Source: an uncultured Candidatus Saccharibacteria bacterium (GTDB lineage Bacteria; Patescibacteriota; Saccharimonadia; Saccharimonadales; CAZARM01). Taken from it: DNA of 40,758 bases. Where the stretch lies: the NCBI GenBank assembly GCA_964487615.1, contig CAZARM010000001.1:98226-138983 (forward strand). The letters run 5' to 3'. The position numbers and the translations under genes were made by a program. The notes below the pieces were generated by a model. That model saw only the letters and a program-made list of their open reading frames with translations, did no database searches and was not told the DNA's origin. Shown here one piece after another: positions 1 to 9,166 of the stretch. Positions within the stretch are counted from its first letter, which is position 1, and each line of letters opens with the position of its first letter.

Positions 1-257
1 ACATCGAAGAAACCATTGGTATCTTGTTTGGTTTGCTCACAAAGTTTCAGAACCGACTTCATCTCCGGGCTCCAGTCGCCTTCGGGCAGTCCGCGGTTTA
101 TACGAGACACTTCACTGTCATATTTATAAGTGCTGTATTTGTTGTCGACGGATTGTAGGTAATCAAAGACTTCTTCAATAACATGTTCTACGTCGTCGTC
201 AACAATTTCAACGATAACTGGCATACCCATGATCAGCCTTGTCCGCTTGGTACTCAT
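1..257 (-). CDS. apbE: FAD:protein FMN transferase (ApbE family), 5' part, runs off the window edge
   Basis: Not in the ORF track. Manual translation from ATG at 257 gives MSTKRTRLIMGMPVIVEIV...FDYLQSVDNKYSTYKYDSEVSRINRG...TNGFFD, matching the ApbE N-terminal motifs (MG..., S.y..dSE.srlN, T.G.FD). Starts 3 nt after the stop of the FMN-binding gene. Confidence 0.85.
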   Translation of the reverse strand, partial: MSTKRTRLIMGMPVIVEIVDDDVEHVIEEVFDYLQSVDNKYSTYKYDSEVSRINRGLPEGDWSPEMKSVLKLCEQTKQDTNGFFD

Positions 258-260
258 CTG

Positions 261-725
261 CTAAGCCTTGGCTAGAGCACTTGATAAAGATTGTATGAAG
301 GCTGCGCTGGTGTCTGAGGCTCCCGATACTACGTTAACTCTGGAGCTTTGGGCCTTAATAGCCTCTTGTCTTAAGTAGGGCATGGCCTGATTGTTAATTT
401 CGACGGATGTGCGGCGGTCATTTGGGTATTGCAAAAATCTAACATCGGTAATTTGACCATCCTTAATATCTACCTCTACCTGAATGTTTCCATAATATGC
501 GTCTGCTATATCACCGTCATAGGTGCCGTCTTTGTATTGAGCCATCTGCTGGTTGCCAGACTTCATCATATTTTGGCTGGTTGTTGTCGACTCAGTGGAT
601 TGAGCACTTTGAGTGGCCTCAGGCTTAACAGCTATTGTAACTGGCTGAGCACTTTCGTGTCTTTGCTGCAAGCTGTAGATGACAAAGGTAATAATGACAA
701 AACCAGAAAGTAAAAGCTTCTTCAT
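261..725 (-). CDS. Membrane-anchored extracytoplasmic FMN-binding domain protein
   Basis: N-terminal TM segment, Ser/Thr/Gln linker, YKDGTY.G...YGNIQV.V.I..G.IT pattern and flavinylation-type motif VSGASDTS. Adjacent to apbE. Confidence 0.85.
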   Translation of the reverse strand: MKKLLLSGFVIITFVIYSLQQRHESAQPVTIAVKPEATQSAQSTESTTTSQNMMKSGNQQMAQYKDGTYDGDIADAYYGNIQVEVDIKDGQITDVRFLQYPNDRRTSVEINNQAMPYLRQEAIKAQSSRVNVVSGASDTSAAFIQSLSSALAKA

Positions 726-840
726 ACTTCCCCAGACTATCTTAATATTGTTGACGCACGCCGAATGGTATATGTTGGTGCTTAAAAGTCGCTGAGTAAC
801 CTAGGCTCAAAGAGATGGCTTACTCATGTAGTTCGGGCCT

Positions 841-2346
841 CTACCTGAGTTTGCGGGAATAGGAAATCCGGCTCAGTTTTGCCTTTGATACTTGATCTGA
901 GTTTAGGTCGGTTGCGGCTATCATCGCTTCTCTTACTTCTTGCAAAAGACCCTTTTGGAGCTTCAAGTCAGCGGTGGTTGCTCCGGATAATGAAGCGAAT
1001 TGCATGTACGGCAAGGCTTGCGCAAGGCCCTCCTTACCAAGGGCCCGCTTGGCTGCGGCCACCGCTTGCTTGGCACCAACTTTGGAAGCCGACGAGGCGA
1101 TGAATTCCACATTGTCTTTGTAGGATGCGCTTGGCTTGACAGCACACTCCGAAAACCCAAAATCAATCAGCCACGGCAGGCCGGTTTTCTTTTCTATCAT
1201 CACGTTCGCTGCGCGCAGGTCTTTATGAATAATGTGGCTTTTGTGTAACTGGACAATCTGCTGCCATACTCCGCCAAGTAGTGAATCAGTTATTTTACTC
1301 TTGTCGATTTTGTTGAGTCCGGTGGATGTTATCAACTTAGTGGCCATAGCGTAGCTATTAGAGCCTACTCGGTAGATGCCAATAACTTCGGGAGCCCGTA
1401 TCCCAGCACTTTGTGAGGCCAGCATAGTCAGATAGGCTTCATGCTCAATTGCTCGTTTGGGGGTTAGTGACGGAACTTCGTCTTCTAAGCGGCGATACCA
1501 AACCCGACGCATGAGTTTGAACAGCCAGTCGGCGGCGTTATTGTCTTGATTGAAGACTTTGACAAAAACATTCTCACCTTTGTACTCGCCAAAAAATGGT
1601 ACCGACCCGCGAGCATCAACTTTAGCTGGCTTGAGCTTAACGCCTTCCATACCAGCCTTCGATAATCTCTTAGCCAGTTTGTCTGCGATGATCGGCCGAT
1701 ATGGCGAGCCAATGGTCAACATGATAAAGCCATAGCAAAAAAGCCCCACCAGCCAACCGGCAATAATATCGAGCGGCAAGTTGACTCCAATAAAAATCCC
1801 CGAGCACCCAAACAACAGTGCTGCATAAATAACCCATTTCCTATATACCTTTGGGGTATAGACGGCCATTGTTAGTCCAGCTGCCAATAACACAGCCGCT
1901 TGGCTGGATGGGAAGCCGTAGCCCATAGTCTCGATTCGGGGCACTACTTCGGCAAAGAATGCACTTGGCCTGCTCCTAGCAATCCAGCCCGATAAAACAT
2001 TGGCAATAGCATAGGCGGCGAACGCCGCCAAGAATACCCTCAGGGCAATATCCTGTCGACGAAACAGCAGCGCTCCACCGATGGCGATTACAGCAATTAG
2101 AACTGATCCTAGAATTGCTATCAGCACAAATAGACTTTTTAAGGTATCGGGCAGTCCGTATAGGAGGTTGAAGATAGATGATTCAAATAACCGAATCGTA
2201 GACCCGGAGGCCGCCAGGCTGGTTACAAAAAGCGCAACTAACGACGACAAAGCATAGAAAATGTAAACTGGATTATGGACGTAGGCTTGCGTGCTTCGAT
2301 TTGCGTTCACATCTGCCAGTATCTTCTGTTTATGATTCATGGTCAA
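841..2346 (-). CDS. Membrane protein: degenerate PAP2 domain fused to a protein/lipid-kinase-like domain
   Basis: About six TM segments with PAP2-like RP, FPSSQ and SGIFIGVNLPLD. C-terminal VFVK, HKDLRAANV and DFG kinase motifs. Confidence 0.75.
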   Translation of the reverse strand: MTMNHKQKILADVNANRSTQAYVHNPVYIFYALSSLVALFVTSLAASGSTIRLFESSIFNLLYGLPDTLKSLFVLIAILGSVLIAVIAIGGALLFRRQDIALRVFLAAFAAYAIANVLSGWIARSRPSAFFAEVVPRIETMGYGFPSSQAAVLLAAGLTMAVYTPKVYRKWVIYAALLFGCSGIFIGVNLPLDIIAGWLVGLFCYGFIMLTIGSPYRPIIADKLAKRLSKAGMEGVKLKPAKVDARGSVPFFGEYKGENVFVKVFNQDNNAADWLFKLMRRVWYRRLEDEVPSLTPKRAIEHEAYLTMLASQSAGIRAPEVIGIYRVGSNSYAMATKLITSTGLNKIDKSKITDSLLGGVWQQIVQLHKSHIIHKDLRAANVMIEKKTGLPWLIDFGFSECAVKPSASYKDNVEFIASSASKVGAKQAVAAAKRALGKEGLAQALPYMQFASLSGATTADLKLQKGLLQEVREAMIAATDLNSDQVSKAKLSRISYSRKLR

Positions 2347-2375
2347 ACACGGGTATAGTCTAGACGGAGATTGCT

Positions 2376-2873
2376 ATGAAAAAAACTAACCGACAATCCA
2401 GCTTCTACCCTGACTACATCGCCGGTACTGTGCTGGAAATTAGAGCTGACGAGTTGATTAGCCTAGGCATCACCCATGTAGCTTTTGATATTGATGAGAC
2501 TGTCGTCCCCAGCGGTTATCACACGCTAACAGCTCCGTATGTCAGCTTTCTTGGGAGCTTAGAAAAAAACGGTCTGAAGCTGCTCATCGCCAGTAATTCA
2601 AGCCGAGATCTAAGCAACATTACTCAGCATTTTAACGCCGTGGTAATTAAGCCATCAATATTTTCTTTTAAGCCTTTTAGACATTACTACCACCGCGTGA
2701 TCAAAGCATCCGGAACGGATGCAGGACATATTGCCATGGTAGGTGATAAATTATTGAACGATGTGATCGGTGCCAAGCATGCTGGACTCCTGACCATCCT
2801 AGTAGCACCCTTTGTCAGGCGTCAAAAATTCCACCACAAATATTACTTCCGTCTAGCCTTAAGGCAATCCTAG
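2376..2873 (+). CDS. YqeG-like HAD family IIIA phosphatase
   Basis: DIDET motif I, SN motif II, KP, and VGDKLLNDVIGA motif IV. Confidence 0.85.
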   Translation: MKKTNRQSSFYPDYIAGTVLEIRADELISLGITHVAFDIDETVVPSGYHTLTAPYVSFLGSLEKNGLKLLIASNSSRDLSNITQHFNAVVIKPSIFSFKPFRHYYHRVIKASGTDAGHIAMVGDKLLNDVIGAKHAGLLTILVAPFVRRQKFHHKYYFRLALRQS

Positions 2874-2878
2874 ACAAC

Positions 2879-3307
2879 TTACGTGTTCGCTGAGGGGTCA
2901 AAATCGGGGCTCATCCATATTGGTTCCCATCCGTGACCGTCGAGATCTACGACTTCATAGCCGAACATCTGGTCTGCAGGGACTCCCATGTCAACCTGGT
3001 AATAATCACCACCGTTTTGTTTAGCCGCGTCGGCAAACCGCTGTACGGCTTCCTTTGAGTCCAAAGATAGGGCAAGGAGTACGCCGTTAGTTTTGGCGGT
3101 ATCAGCAATATCTTTGCCACGCAGAAACTTTTTGTAAAAATCATGCTTCAGTAGCATCACTACTATATCGTCGGACCACATCATGCCACTGGCCTGATCG
3201 TTTGAAAAGACTGGATTCTTTTTAAAGCCCAGCGCCTCATAGAATGCTGTCGATCCTGCCAGATCGCTAACCGGCAAATTGACATAGATTTGTTTGCTCA
3301 TATCCAC
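2879..3307 (-). CDS. VOC/glyoxalase family protein
   Basis: IYVNLPVSDL..STAFYEALGF...DLDGHGWE pattern. Confidence 0.9.
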   Translation of the reverse strand: MDMSKQIYVNLPVSDLAGSTAFYEALGFKKNPVFSNDQASGMMWSDDIVVMLLKHDFYKKFLRGKDIADTAKTNGVLLALSLDSKEAVQRFADAAKQNGGDYYQVDMGVPADQMFGYEVVDLDGHGWEPIWMSPDFDPSANT

Positions 3308-3403
3308 TCCCTTAGTTACATGAACTGTAATCTAATTGTTTCATAGGCTTAAGATAACATGTAAGAAGCCTGCCCATGCCTCTTCTATGCCAATGCGACA
3401 GCA

Positions 3404-3754
3404 CTACTTCTTCTTTTCGAAGAATACCATCAGGTAGCCATTGGGGTCGCGCAAGCTAAACTCTGTACGGCCATTCACCGTTGCCTGAGGCTCGCTTTCT
3501 GGCTTGTAGCCGGCAGCCATTGCACTTTTATAAAACGCATCGATATCTACACTGACTAATACGAGCGGCCCGTCCTTTGGGCTATCGTCTATATCATTGG
3601 CTACGTGGAATTCGGCCGAAAACCAGTTGACATAAACGGTCGCAATTCGGCCATCGTTCTTATCAACTCTGAAGCCAAGTTCCTCATAGAACTTTAGTGT
3701 TTTATCCAGGTCAACCACCTTATAGACTAATGCGGAGATGCTTTTGGGCTTCAT
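3404..3754 (-). CDS. VOC/glyoxalase/bleomycin-resistance family protein
   Basis: VVDLDKTLKFYEELGF...DIDAFY...EFSLRDPNGY pattern. Confidence 0.85.
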   Translation of the reverse strand: MKPKSISALVYKVVDLDKTLKFYEELGFRVDKNDGRIATVYVNWFSAEFHVANDIDDSPKDGPLVLVSVDIDAFYKSAMAAGYKPESEPQATVNGRTEFSLRDPNGYLMVFFEKKK

Positions 3755-3831
3755 ATGTCTTCCTTGATTTGTAATTTACAAAACTAGTATAGGCCTGCAA
3801 GCTTTTTTAAAGTAGGTGTATATTAAGAATT

Positions 3832-4104
3832 ATGTTAGACGAACGTTTCACCGCTAAGCTAGAGAAAAGTCCGCATAAAGGCGGCTGGACCTATGTGGTG
3901 TGGCCGCAGGCAGCGGAGTTCTTTGGGACGCACGGAGCTGTCAAAGTCCGCGGGACTATTGATGGGCAAGCATTCCGGAGCTCGTTTATGGCGATGGGCA
4001 ACGGCGTCCAGATGTTGCCCGTGAAGTCAGACATTCGGAAAATAATCGGCAAGCAAGCCGGAGACTCGGTAGAAGTTCACCTGCAAGAACGACTGATGGA
4101 TTAG
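3832..4104 (+). CDS. DUF1905 domain protein
   Basis: GGWTYVVWP...VKVRGTIDG..FRSSFMAMGNG..MLPVK..IRK.IGK..GD.V pattern. Confidence 0.85.
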   Translation: MLDERFTAKLEKSPHKGGWTYVVWPQAAEFFGTHGAVKVRGTIDGQAFRSSFMAMGNGVQMLPVKSDIRKIIGKQAGDSVEVHLQERLMD

Positions 4105-4146
4105 CCGCAGGAGTATACTAGTAATACATAAACAGGAGTTGGCTAC

Positions 4147-4533
4147 ATGTTAAAAGATTCACACGCGTTCAGTGGCTTTTCAGTCGATTACCTGACTAAA
4201 GCCAAGGAGTTTTACGGCGAAGTACTAGGGCTCAATTTCGAGGAAGACCAGATGGGGTTAACTCTAAAGATTGCTGGTGGCAATGACGTCTTTGTGTACC
4301 CTAAAAACGACCACCGACCAGCGACTTACACTGTGCTCAATTTTGTGGTCGATGATATCGACAAGACTGTTGATGGGCTAGTCAAAAATGGTGTGGTGTT
4401 TGAGCGCTATGACAATATGCCGGCCTCACAAGACGAACGGGGCATCTTGCGAGGTCGAGCCGCCAACCAGGGCCCAGACATAGCCTGGTTCAAAGACCCA
4501 GCCGGCAACATCCTGTCCGTTTTACAGAAATAA
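4147..4533 (+). CDS. VOC family protein
   Basis: [20 protein letters not shown]...[13 protein letters not shown] pattern. Confidence 0.9.
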   Translation: MLKDSHAFSGFSVDYLTKAKEFYGEVLGLNFEEDQMGLTLKIAGGNDVFVYPKNDHRPATYTVLNFVVDDIDKTVDGLVKNGVVFERYDNMPASQDERGILRGRAANQGPDIAWFKDPAGNILSVLQK

Positions 4534-4536
4534 CTC

Positions 4537-5022
4537 TTACGAACCGTTGTAGGCTTGCTCTAGGGCTGCAATGTCGAGCTTCTTCATCTTTAGCATGGCA
4601 TTCATGACCCGGCCAGATTTAACTGGATCGGGGTCGCTAAGCAATTCGCCAAGGCGCTTGGGGATAATCTGCCAGGACAAGCCGAATTTGTCCTTCAGCC
4701 AACCACACTGTTCTGATTCGGGAACGGCCGATAGTTTGCCCCATAGTTCGTCGACCTCTTCTTGAGTTTCGCAGTCAACCATGAACGATATGGCTTCACT
4801 GAATTTGAAGTGCGGGCCGCCGTTTAAGGCCATGAACCTCTGCCCTTCCAGTTCAAAATCGACTGTCATAACGGTGCCAGGTGCCATGCCGGTAACTTCT
4901 TGACCTTCGCTGCCGTAATGGCTGGAGTTATTGATCTTGGAGTTTTTGAATATTGAGACGTAGAATTTCGCTGCTTCTTCAGCCTGGGTGTCAAACCATA
5001 AATGGGGTGTGATTTTTTGCAT
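4537..5022 (-). CDS. VOC protein, PhnB/3-demethylubiquinone-9 3-methyltransferase-like
   Basis: QKITPHLWFD.QAEEAA.FY...LNGGP.F...QCGWLKDKFGLSWQI...MLKMKKLDI pattern. Confidence 0.9.
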   Translation of the reverse strand: MQKITPHLWFDTQAEEAAKFYVSIFKNSKINNSSHYGSEGQEVTGMAPGTVMTVDFELEGQRFMALNGGPHFKFSEAISFMVDCETQEEVDELWGKLSAVPESEQCGWLKDKFGLSWQIIPKRLGELLSDPDPVKSGRVMNAMLKMKKLDIAALEQAYNGS

Positions 5023-5073
5023 AGAGCTCGCCGCCTCTCGATTTATACTGCTACATTTAAGTGTAACAAATTA

Positions 5074-5104
5074 AACAAGACCCGTTCGCCTGACGGGCCT
5101 TGTT
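5074..5104 (-). terminator. Probable intrinsic terminator
   Basis: Imperfect inverted repeat AACAAGACCCGT / ACGGGCCTTGTT just 3' of the 5121-5675 gene. Confidence 0.5.
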
Positions 5105-5120
5105 CTTGTGTTAGCCTGAC

Positions 5121-5675
5121 TTAGAATCCTTGACGCGAGGCCGTCACCACATGGTCATCGAGGAAAGTTACGGTTACTAGTTTGTCGCCCTCCCGATAGG
5201 TGCAGACCTCTTGCTTGCCGGCCGTCGTAGAGTTGACCAAAATAGCGCAGTTTTGATCTATGCCCTGGGCTTCGCCGCTGGTTTGCTCTTTAGTATCGCC
5301 ACGGTCAATGCCGGCCGCAAAGCTAATTAGGGCTGAGTGCGAACCCGATGGGGTCGTGTTGCCACCTCCTCCGCTGCCCCCACTGCCTCCGCCGCTATTA
5401 GAACCATTATGGCTTCCCGAGCTAGAGCCGCCAGAACCACCCGAGCCACTGCCGCTGCCAGATCCCGGCACTATGTCGCTAAGTTTTTTGGTTGTTGGGT
5501 AAAAGGCGCTGCCCAGGTCATCCCCATTGCCCCCAAAATCCCAACGTAGCCACTTGAGTCCAAAACCAAGCAGCAGGAAAAGTAAAATGAGTATTAGTAT
5601 CGCTAACAGTACATTTTCCATTTTAGTGCGCTGTTTTAGCTCTTTTTTTGAAGTTTTATTTGATGTTTTTGCCAT
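5121..5675 (-). CDS. Membrane-anchored protein with Gly/Ser linker and C-terminal BLIP/DUF3862-like small domain
   Basis: Basic N-terminus, one TM segment and a long GS linker. The C-terminal I.rG.Tk.q...C...C.Y...v.V.F.dd.Vv..s..Gf pattern is recognised by eye. Confidence 0.6.
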   Translation of the reverse strand: MAKTSNKTSKKELKQRTKMENVLLAILILILLFLLLGFGLKWLRWDFGGNGDDLGSAFYPTTKKLSDIVPGSGSGSGSGGSGGSSSGSHNGSNSGGGSGGSGGGGNTTPSGSHSALISFAAGIDRGDTKEQTSGEAQGIDQNCAILVNSTTAGKQEVCTYREGDKLVTVTFLDDHVVTASRQGF

Positions 5676-5780
5676 GATCAGTTCCTATTTGTTGTTTATA
5701 ATCGTAAGCATTTTAACAAATTATTTTAATTTGCAAAGTAAGCTAGCTCTCTCATTATCTTGGCAACAGGCAGCAAGAGA

Positions 5781-6845
5781 TTAACCTACGGGCTCAAGAG
5801 CCGTTTCGTTCATCGGAACGATTAGAGAATGCAGAGCCAAAGGCGTAACCACAGGCTCGGGTGCATGTGTAGTGCGAGCCAGCCCAAGCCGAGTGATGCG
5901 TAATATCATAGATTCGTAGTCTAGCCCAATGTTTAGTAAGCAGGCTTTGGGGAAATTGCCAAAATTATTGATTAGACTTGGCAGCAAGTTAGCCTCCAGG
6001 AACTGTGGCACACCGTGGCGATCTAGGCGAATATCTATGCGCCCGTAGTCCCGGGCCCCAATTGCCTGGAATACACTTATCGCCAGGGCGTTAATTTGGG
6101 ATTTGACAGCTTCATTTGCAACCATTCGGTGGGTTTCGGTGTCGGCAAGCTTCACTTTCTCGCTGAGAATACGCGCACCAGACGCATCCAAAGGAGCGAT
6201 TAGCTCAATTGGCATAGTCCAAAACCTGCCGGAAGGTGCGTCTTTCAAAATAGCCACGCTGAATTCTCGGCCCGGCAAATATTCCTCGACAAGCGAGTCG
6301 GAATTGAGCTCTGTAATGCTGCGCACTTTAGACACCAGCTGAGCAAAGTTATGAGCGACTGAGTCGCTATCAATACCCAAGCCGCCTCCTCGGTTAGTCG
6401 GTTTAATAAACACCGGGTAAGAAAACGGCATATCCATACTAGGCGGCTGCTGACGCTGTATTACATAAAAAGGCGATGTTTTGAGTCCCATGTCTAGAAC
6501 ACGCTGTTTCGCCTGATCTTTGTTGAGTTCAAGTTCATGGGCTAAGTGATTTGATCCAGTGTATGCGATATCGTGCTCATCCAAGTAATGCGTTAGCCAG
6601 ATTTTGCGCGAATCGTCTTGACCTAAACGAGGGTCATGCGGAATAAATTTCATGCCCAAAAAAACGAGGTCCGGCTGGCGGGCAACAAGCGCTTCCAGGT
6701 CGCCTAAGTTATTGACCAGACTAATCCTAACGTGCGTGTAGCGCTTGGCCAGAATAGCCCGCACAGACGCGCGGGATTCAGCGCCCATTGAACTTAAGCT
6801 TACGTGAGTAGAGCTTACGATTTCAATATGTCTAGGAATTTTCAT
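5781..6845 (-). CDS. Atypical D-Ala-D-Ala ligase-like ATP-grasp enzyme
   Basis: YTGS..LA..L..NK..AK, PVFIKP, VEEYLPGREFSV, RDYGRIDIRLD and FLEAN motifs. ATG at 6845 preferred over 6857. Confidence 0.8.
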   Translation of the reverse strand: MKIPRHIEIVSSTHVSLSSMGAESRASVRAILAKRYTHVRISLVNNLGDLEALVARQPDLVFLGMKFIPHDPRLGQDDSRKIWLTHYLDEHDIAYTGSNHLAHELELNKDQAKQRVLDMGLKTSPFYVIQRQQPPSMDMPFSYPVFIKPTNRGGGLGIDSDSVAHNFAQLVSKVRSITELNSDSLVEEYLPGREFSVAILKDAPSGRFWTMPIELIAPLDASGARILSEKVKLADTETHRMVANEAVKSQINALAISVFQAIGARDYGRIDIRLDRHGVPQFLEANLLPSLINNFGNFPKACLLNIGLDYESMILRITRLGLARTTHAPEPVVTPLALHSLIVPMNETALEPVG

Positions 6846-6925
6846 AATACAAACCAATCACAGGCTTAGGTAACCAAGCCCGACTTAATTTATCATGGGA
6901 TAGCTCTGCTTAGAGGTCTACGTCG

Positions 6926-7186
6926 TTAGCGGCGGTCGACTTGAGGACGAGCTTGATTTACGGTCAGTGCGCGACCGTTGACTTCCTTGCCATTCAATTC
7001 CTTGATGGCATTCTGGGCTTCAGTATCAACTTCCATTTCGACGAATCCAAAGCCTTTTGATTGGCTGGTATCGCGATCCTTGATGACATTGGTGCTAGTG
7101 ACTTTGCCGTAGGTGGCAAAAAGTGCCTCTAGTTCTTGATCTGTGACACTATAGGCTAGCCCGCCTACGTATAGTTTCATGGCCAT
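6926..7186 (-). CDS. RRM (RNP-1) RNA-binding protein
   Basis: RNP2 LYVGGL and RNP1 KGFGFVEM. Confidence 0.95.
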   Translation of the reverse strand: MAMKLYVGGLAYSVTDQELEALFATYGKVTSTNVIKDRDTSQSKGFGFVEMEVDTEAQNAIKELNGKEVNGRALTVNQARPQVDRR

Positions 7187-7397
7187 TATAATTTGTCCTT
7201 CCTATTTACTTTGTCGCATACGAGCTTAGTACTCTGACCGAGATGATAGGAAGTCTTGTGATCGACTAGTTAAAACACCGGAGAAGTTATAGTAACCACT
7301 TGCGTAATCTAATCTTAGCACATTTGATAGCAATTTCATAATAGTAATTGAAATTTTGCAAATAGCTGGACGGTGTTTTGTTTCGTCGTTGGAGTAC

Positions 7398-8411
7398 TTA
7401 TTGGTCGTTCAAGTATGGTTTGTTAACCGCCACGACTATGGAGTGGATTAGGGTGGGGCCGTTCACAAAATCATAGCTGGAGTCACGGGCTTTGGTAAAT
7501 ATGACTAAAACGTAGGGATGCTGGCCATTATCGACAATGGCGGCATCGTGGACCCGATCTTTTAGGTAGCCCGTCTTGTGATAGACGACTGCCGTTCTTG
7601 GCAGCGCGGCTACGATATATTGAGTGTAGTTAGCCGCCTTCATATGCGACAGTAACAAATCAGTGCTGGACTTGCTAAGCAACTCGCCCTTGTATAACTT
7701 TTGTAGCAACAGCGCGACGTCTTCGGAGCTGGTTACATTCTTAACATGATCGTAATCTTTCATGCCAATGTCAGCGGCGAACTGGGCAAAACGTGTTGAG
7801 CCCAGCAGTTTGTCGAAGTTTGCCCACGCTGTATTGTCACTCTGCTCAATGAGCAACTTCAGCTGCTCCCCACCTGTTCCAGTGCCTACTGGATCATCTA
7901 AGTTTCGCGCACCGCTATCAATGTCTTTTAGGTACAAACTGGCCGTCATAAGTTTGGATATGCTGGCCGCTACAAACGGGTCGGTTATTCCGTAATGTTC
8001 GGTGGTGCCGGTGCTCAGGTCTCGGTAAGAAACACTGATGTCCAGTTCAGGATTAGCCGCGATTAGACCGTTGATGCCGTTCGCCAGCTGGGTTTCGTCA
8101 ATCGTAATCGCTGGCACCTGCAGCTTCTGGGGTTCTTTTGTCGTACTTTCTGAGCTAACTACACCGGCGCTTGAGTGTCGAGACCACGGTGACAGCTTAT
8201 AAGCACCGACTCCGGCAATAGCCACAATCATCAGTAAAACTAACCACGTCTTGGATGCTTTATTGGGCTTGTGTTTTGGCGCAGAAATCGGCTTGGCTGT
8301 CTGCGCGTACTGAAAACTCGGCCGCCTGGGTGCATTTGCAGAACCCCGAGGGCCTGCAGGTCGTCGGGGTTTAGGGTTGCCAATAAAATCAAAGTTGCCT
8401 TGATACGACAC
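7398..8411 (-). CDS. Membrane-anchored class A beta-lactamase-like serine hydrolase (penicillin-binding fold)
   Basis: One TM segment plus SxxK (ASISK), SDN and KTG motifs. Confidence 0.85.
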   Translation of the reverse strand: MSYQGNFDFIGNPKPRRPAGPRGSANAPRRPSFQYAQTAKPISAPKHKPNKASKTWLVLLMIVAIAGVGAYKLSPWSRHSSAGVVSSESTTKEPQKLQVPAITIDETQLANGINGLIAANPELDISVSYRDLSTGTTEHYGITDPFVAASISKLMTASLYLKDIDSGARNLDDPVGTGTGGEQLKLLIEQSDNTAWANFDKLLGSTRFAQFAADIGMKDYDHVKNVTSSEDVALLLQKLYKGELLSKSSTDLLLSHMKAANYTQYIVAALPRTAVVYHKTGYLKDRVHDAAIVDNGQHPYVLVIFTKARDSSYDFVNGPTLIHSIVVAVNKPYLNDQ

Positions 8412-8462
8412 AAATGAAACTAGATAAGCACGTGCTTAAAATTTGCGACAGAACGTTTTGAA

Positions 8463-8747
8463 CTAAACGCCTGGGTTAGTAGGCTGACCGCCAACACCAG
8501 GATCGGCAGCAGGTGCTTCAGGAGCTGGGGCAGCGCCAAAATCAGGGCTTGGTGCAGCAGGAGTTTCTGGTGTTTCAACTGCTGGAGCTGGGACATCAGA
8601 TACGGGGGGTACGCTTGGTTCTTCAGGCATAGCGGTTCCGGGGTCACTAGTTGGGGCTGGCATTGGTGCTGGAGCAGCTGGTTGGCCGTCCTGGCTGAGT
8701 CCGCCATCTTGAGGTTGGTTAACTACTGGTTGTGCGTTATCGTCCAT
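8463..8747 (-). CDS. Small Pro/Ala/acidic low-complexity hypothetical protein
   Basis: ATG preceded by a strong SD (AAAGGAGA). Fills the gap between same-strand genes. Confidence 0.6.
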   Translation of the reverse strand: MDDNAQPVVNQPQDGGLSQDGQPAAPAPMPAPTSDPGTAMPEEPSVPPVSDVPAPAVETPETPAAPSPDFGAAPAPEAPAADPGVGGQPTNPGV

Positions 8748-8833
8748 GACGAAATCTCCTTTTATGTTAGTCCTAGAGCTTTACCCTATGTATTATAGAC
8801 GCTCAAAGATCATTCGTCTAATTAACGACCAGG

Positions 8834-9166
8834 CTATTGTTTATGCACATTGGGCCAGACGATTTTGGCTAATACATGGTGTGGATCGATCGCACCAAAG
8901 TGACGGCTGTCTGTACTAGTCTCGGCATGTTCGCCGACGACAAACAGACTGCCGTCACCCAAGACTTCCTGGATACGCTTAATCTTTTCTTTGCCGTCAT
9001 GAAGGAAAATAACGATGTCCTTTTGGCGAAAGCGTTTGGTCCATCCCCAGCCAATCACCAGGGTACGTGGAGGCAGCACAGGAACCATGCTGTGCCCGTA
9101 GACTCGCCGGATGATAAGCGGATACTTATTTTTTGGTTTCAAAGAAGATTTTGGCGATTTCATCAA
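8834..9166 (-). CDS. sodX: Nickel-SOD maturation protease (S26-like)
   Basis: V.G.SM.P.L, IKRI and G.....STDSRHFG motifs. Overlaps the 3' end of sodN. Confidence 0.85.
   Translation of the reverse strand: MMKSPKSSLKPKNKYPLIIRRVYGHSMVPVLPPRTLVIGWGWTKRFRQKDIVIFLHDGKEKIKRIQEVLGDGSLFVVGEHAETSTDSRHFGAIDPHHVLAKIVWPNVHKQ

Noticed and set aside
5340-5470. GC-rich trinucleotide-like repeats
   Set aside because: Explained by the Gly/Ser linker of the 5121-5675 protein.
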